DNA from: Flavobacteriales bacterium
GTDB lineage: Bacteria > Bacteroidota > Bacteroidia > Flavobacteriales > BACL11
Direction: 5' to 3'
Assembly (NCBI GenBank): GCA_045561575.1
Contig: JBJKXM010000017.1
Span: 1-53,013 of the forward strand
Length of the DNA: 53,013 nucleotides
Every line of letters begins with the position of its first letter. The stretch's first letter is position 1. The notes beneath the pieces are model-generated. The model ran no database searches. It was not told the DNA's origin and worked only from the letters and a program-made list of their open reading frames with translations. Positions 50,661-53,013 of this stretch are shown in pieces. The position numbers and the translations under genes are program-made.

Positions 50661-51926
50661 ATGGCAAAAGCAGATGTACTCCTTGGTTTACAGTGGGGTG
50701 ATGAAGGAAAAGGTAAAATTGTAGATGTTTTAACAAAAAACTACGATATAATTGCTAGATTCCAAGGTGGACCTAATGCTGGACACACATTAGAATTTGA
50801 TGGCATAAAACATGTTTTACACACAATACCATCAGGTATTTTTCATAAAGGAATTGTAAATTTAATTGGTAATGGTGTTGTTATAGACCCAGTAATATTT
50901 GAAAATGAAATTAATTCAATTGATAAATTAAATTTAGAAATATCTGAACTACTTATTTCAAAAAAGGCTCACTTAATTCTTCCAACTCACAAGCTCTTAG
51001 ACGCAGCTTCTGAAAAAGCAAAAGGCAAAAATAAAATAGGATCAACCTTAAAAGGAATAGGCCCAACTTATATGGATAAAACTGGAAGAAATGGATTAAG
51101 AGTTGGTGATATAAACTCTAGTGATTTTGATTTGAAGTACAATAAACTCAAAAACAAACACCTACAACTCCTCAAATTTTATGATTTTGAGTATAATTTG
51201 GACGAATTAGAATCAACATGGATGAATAGCCTAGAAACAATAAAAAAATTCAAACACATAGATAGTGAACATTATATTCATCAAAATTTAAAAGAAGGAA
51301 AAAAAATACTTGCTGAAGGAGCTCAAGGAACATTACTTGATATTGATTTTGGATCATATCCTTTTGTCACATCATCAAATACTATTACTGCTGGTGCCTG
51401 TACAGGACTTGGAATAGCTCCAAATCAAATTTCTGATGTGTTTGGCATTTTTAAAGCCTACTGTACTCGCGTTGGTAGTGGTCCATTCCCAACTGAGCTA
51501 AATGATGATATTGGAGAACATTTGGGTAGAGTTGGAAATGAATTTGGAGCAACAACTGGAAGAGCAAGAAGATGTGGTTGGATTGATCTTCCAGCCTTAA
51601 AGTATGCGATTAATATCAACGGTGTTACGCAATTAATGATGATGAAATCCGACGTTCTCTCAGGTATTAAAACAATCAAAGTTTGTACACATTACATAGA
51701 TTGTAATAATCAAAAAATTGATTATTTGCCTTTTGAAGACAATGATAAACTCACTCCTGTATATGAGGAGTTAAGAGGTTGGGATAAAAATTTAATGGAA
51801 ATTAACGATTTAAACGAAGCCCCAACAGAGGTTCATGATTATATTAAGTATTTAGAGAATCAACTTGAGGTTCCTATCAAAATTATTTCTGTAGGACCAG
51901 ACAGAAAACAAACACTTTTCAGATAA
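50661..51926 (+). CDS. purA: Adenylosuccinate synthetase
   Basis: QWGDEGKGK, RFQGGPNAGHT, EGAQG, TRVGSGPFPTE, GATTGRARRCGW. Confidence 0.98.
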   Translation: MAKADVLLGLQWGDEGKGKIVDVLTKNYDIIARFQGGPNAGHTLEFDGIKHVLHTIPSGIFHKGIVNLIGNGVVIDPVIFENEINSIDKLNLEISELLISKKAHLILPTHKLLDAASEKAKGKNKIGSTLKGIGPTYMDKTGRNGLRVGDINSSDFDLKYNKLKNKHLQLLKFYDFEYNLDELESTWMNSLETIKKFKHIDSEHYIHQNLKEGKKILAEGAQGTLLDIDFGSYPFVTSSNTITAGACTGLGIAPNQISDVFGIFKAYCTRVGSGPFPTELNDDIGEHLGRVGNEFGATTGRARRCGWIDLPALKYAININGVTQLMMMKSDVLSGIKTIKVCTHYIDCNNQKIDYLPFEDNDKLTPVYEELRGWDKNLMEINDLNEAPTEVHDYIKYLENQLEVPIKIISVGPDRKQTLFR

Positions 51927-51928
51927 GC

Positions 51929-53013
51929 TTGAAAATAATCTTTTTTATATTTTTTTCATTTTACTTTTCTTTAAATACTTATTCACAAGAAAAGAAAAAA
52001 ATTGATATTAAAAATGCCGACTTTACATATATAAATAATGAAAAACACCCTGATTACTGGAGATTATTAGGCAATGTTAACATATTTCACAATAAAACAA
52101 ACATGTATTGTGATTCAGCTCATTATTACTCTCAAAATGAAAAAATAATAGCCTATAGCAACGTAAAGATTGTAAAGGATAAAAATCTAAATTTATATGG
52201 TGAAAAACTAAATTATGATGGAGAAAATAATATAGCTATTATTTCCAAAAATGTAGTTTTAATTAATAATGAAAGTAAACTAACAACAAATAAATTAGAA
52301 TTTAATTTAGAAGAAGAAAAAATACAGTATAATTCAAGAAGTAGAATTATTAACAACAATCAAGACATACAATCAAACAAAGGAATATACCTTTTAAACA
52401 AAAGAACCTACTATTTTGTGGATTCTGTAATTTTAAAAACAGAAAATTATAACCTAAATACAGATAATCTAATTTCTAATGAAGAAACTAATGCAAATCA
52501 GTTAAGTGGGCCTAGCTTTATTTTTTTTAATGACAAAACAATTTATTGTGAAGAAGGGTATTTATATACTAATTCAGCTGAATTTTTTAAGAACCCATAT
52601 ATTGCATCAAGTGATTTCACAGTAAAAGCTGATAGTATTTACTATTATAACAATAAAAACACTGTTAATACACTTGGCAATGTTGTTTTAACGGATACAA
52701 TCAATAACTTTATAATTAAGGGAGGTCAAGCAGATTTTTTTGAAGATAAAGATAGAATGGTTTTTCAAAAAAACCCTTCGCTTCAGCTAATTTCAAATTT
52801 AGATACATTATTTATTACTTCAGAAATATTTGAAAACTATCAAATAAATGGTGATAATAAATTACTTTCTTATAATAATGTAAAATTTAACAATGAAAAT
52901 CTTATTGGTACATGTGACTCACTAATGTATAGAACCATAGATTCTACCATTACATTATTTAAAAAACCAATAATTTGGCTAGATGAATATCAAGTTTTTT
53001 CTGATACTATTTT
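51929..53013 (+). CDS. OstA/LptA-like beta-jellyroll envelope protein (3' truncated; absent from the ORF track)
   Basis: TTG at 51929 opens MKIIFFIFFSFYFSLNTYSQEKKKIDIKNADF...LLGNV..FH....MYCDSA..Y...LYGEKLNYDG. Similar CDS/ADS motifs recur toward the window end. Confidence 0.82.
   Translation, partial: MKIIFFIFFSFYFSLNTYSQEKKKIDIKNADFTYINNEKHPDYWRLLGNVNIFHNKTNMYCDSAHYYSQNEKIIAYSNVKIVKDKNLNLYGEKLNYDGENNIAIISKNVVLINNESKLTTNKLEFNLEEEKIQYNSRSRIINNNQDIQSNKGIYLLNKRTYYFVDSVILKTENYNLNTDNLISNEETNANQLSGPSFIFFNDKTIYCEEGYLYTNSAEFFKNPYIASSDFTVKADSIYYYNNKNTVNTLGNVVLTDTINNFIIKGGQADFFEDKDRMVFQKNPSLQLISNLDTLFITSEIFENYQINGDNKLLSYNNVKFNNENLIGTCDSLMYRTIDSTITLFKKPIIWLDEYQVFSDTI

Noticed and set aside
484-51679. 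Short 60-133 aa ORFs nested in or antisense to real genes (e.g. 484-690, 6465-6668, 6847-7062, 11376-11618, 21385-21786, 32332-33449 group, 40801-41633 pair, 42262-45379 group, 51458-51679)
   Set aside because: They lie largely or wholly within confident CDSs and show no recognisable motifs or own promoters; shadow ORFs.

Overview
Very AT-rich, tightly packed chromosome segment of a Bacteroidota bacterium, most likely a streamlined Flavobacteriales. Support for this: TAnnTTTG promoter elements, type A and type B T9SS C-terminal domains, and typical Bacteroidota gene blocks. It holds about 39 protein genes, mostly housekeeping (pyrD, smpB, rnhB, hutU, pheT, mtaB, recR, def, guaB, glyA, rel, fur, purA), plus two large T9SS cargo proteins and several envelope proteins. 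I saw no tRNA, rRNA, CRISPR array, integrase, transposase or phage gene. I found no clear new multi-gene system. The best leads are: (1) a GH73 peptidoglycan hydrolase whose C-terminus looks like an 8-stranded outer-membrane beta-barrel instead of LysM; (2) a 282-bp divergent control region with a perfect 18-bp DtxR/MntR-type operator, a candidate XRE operator, a 48-bp imperfect hairpin and a repeated 8-mer; (3) several genes with the -7 promoter element only 4-6 nt before the ATG, suggesting leaderless mRNAs; (4) a PyrD with an extra N-terminal transmembrane helix; (5) a GH109 with a degenerate twin-arginine signal. All calls come from motif recognition by eye; no database searches were run.
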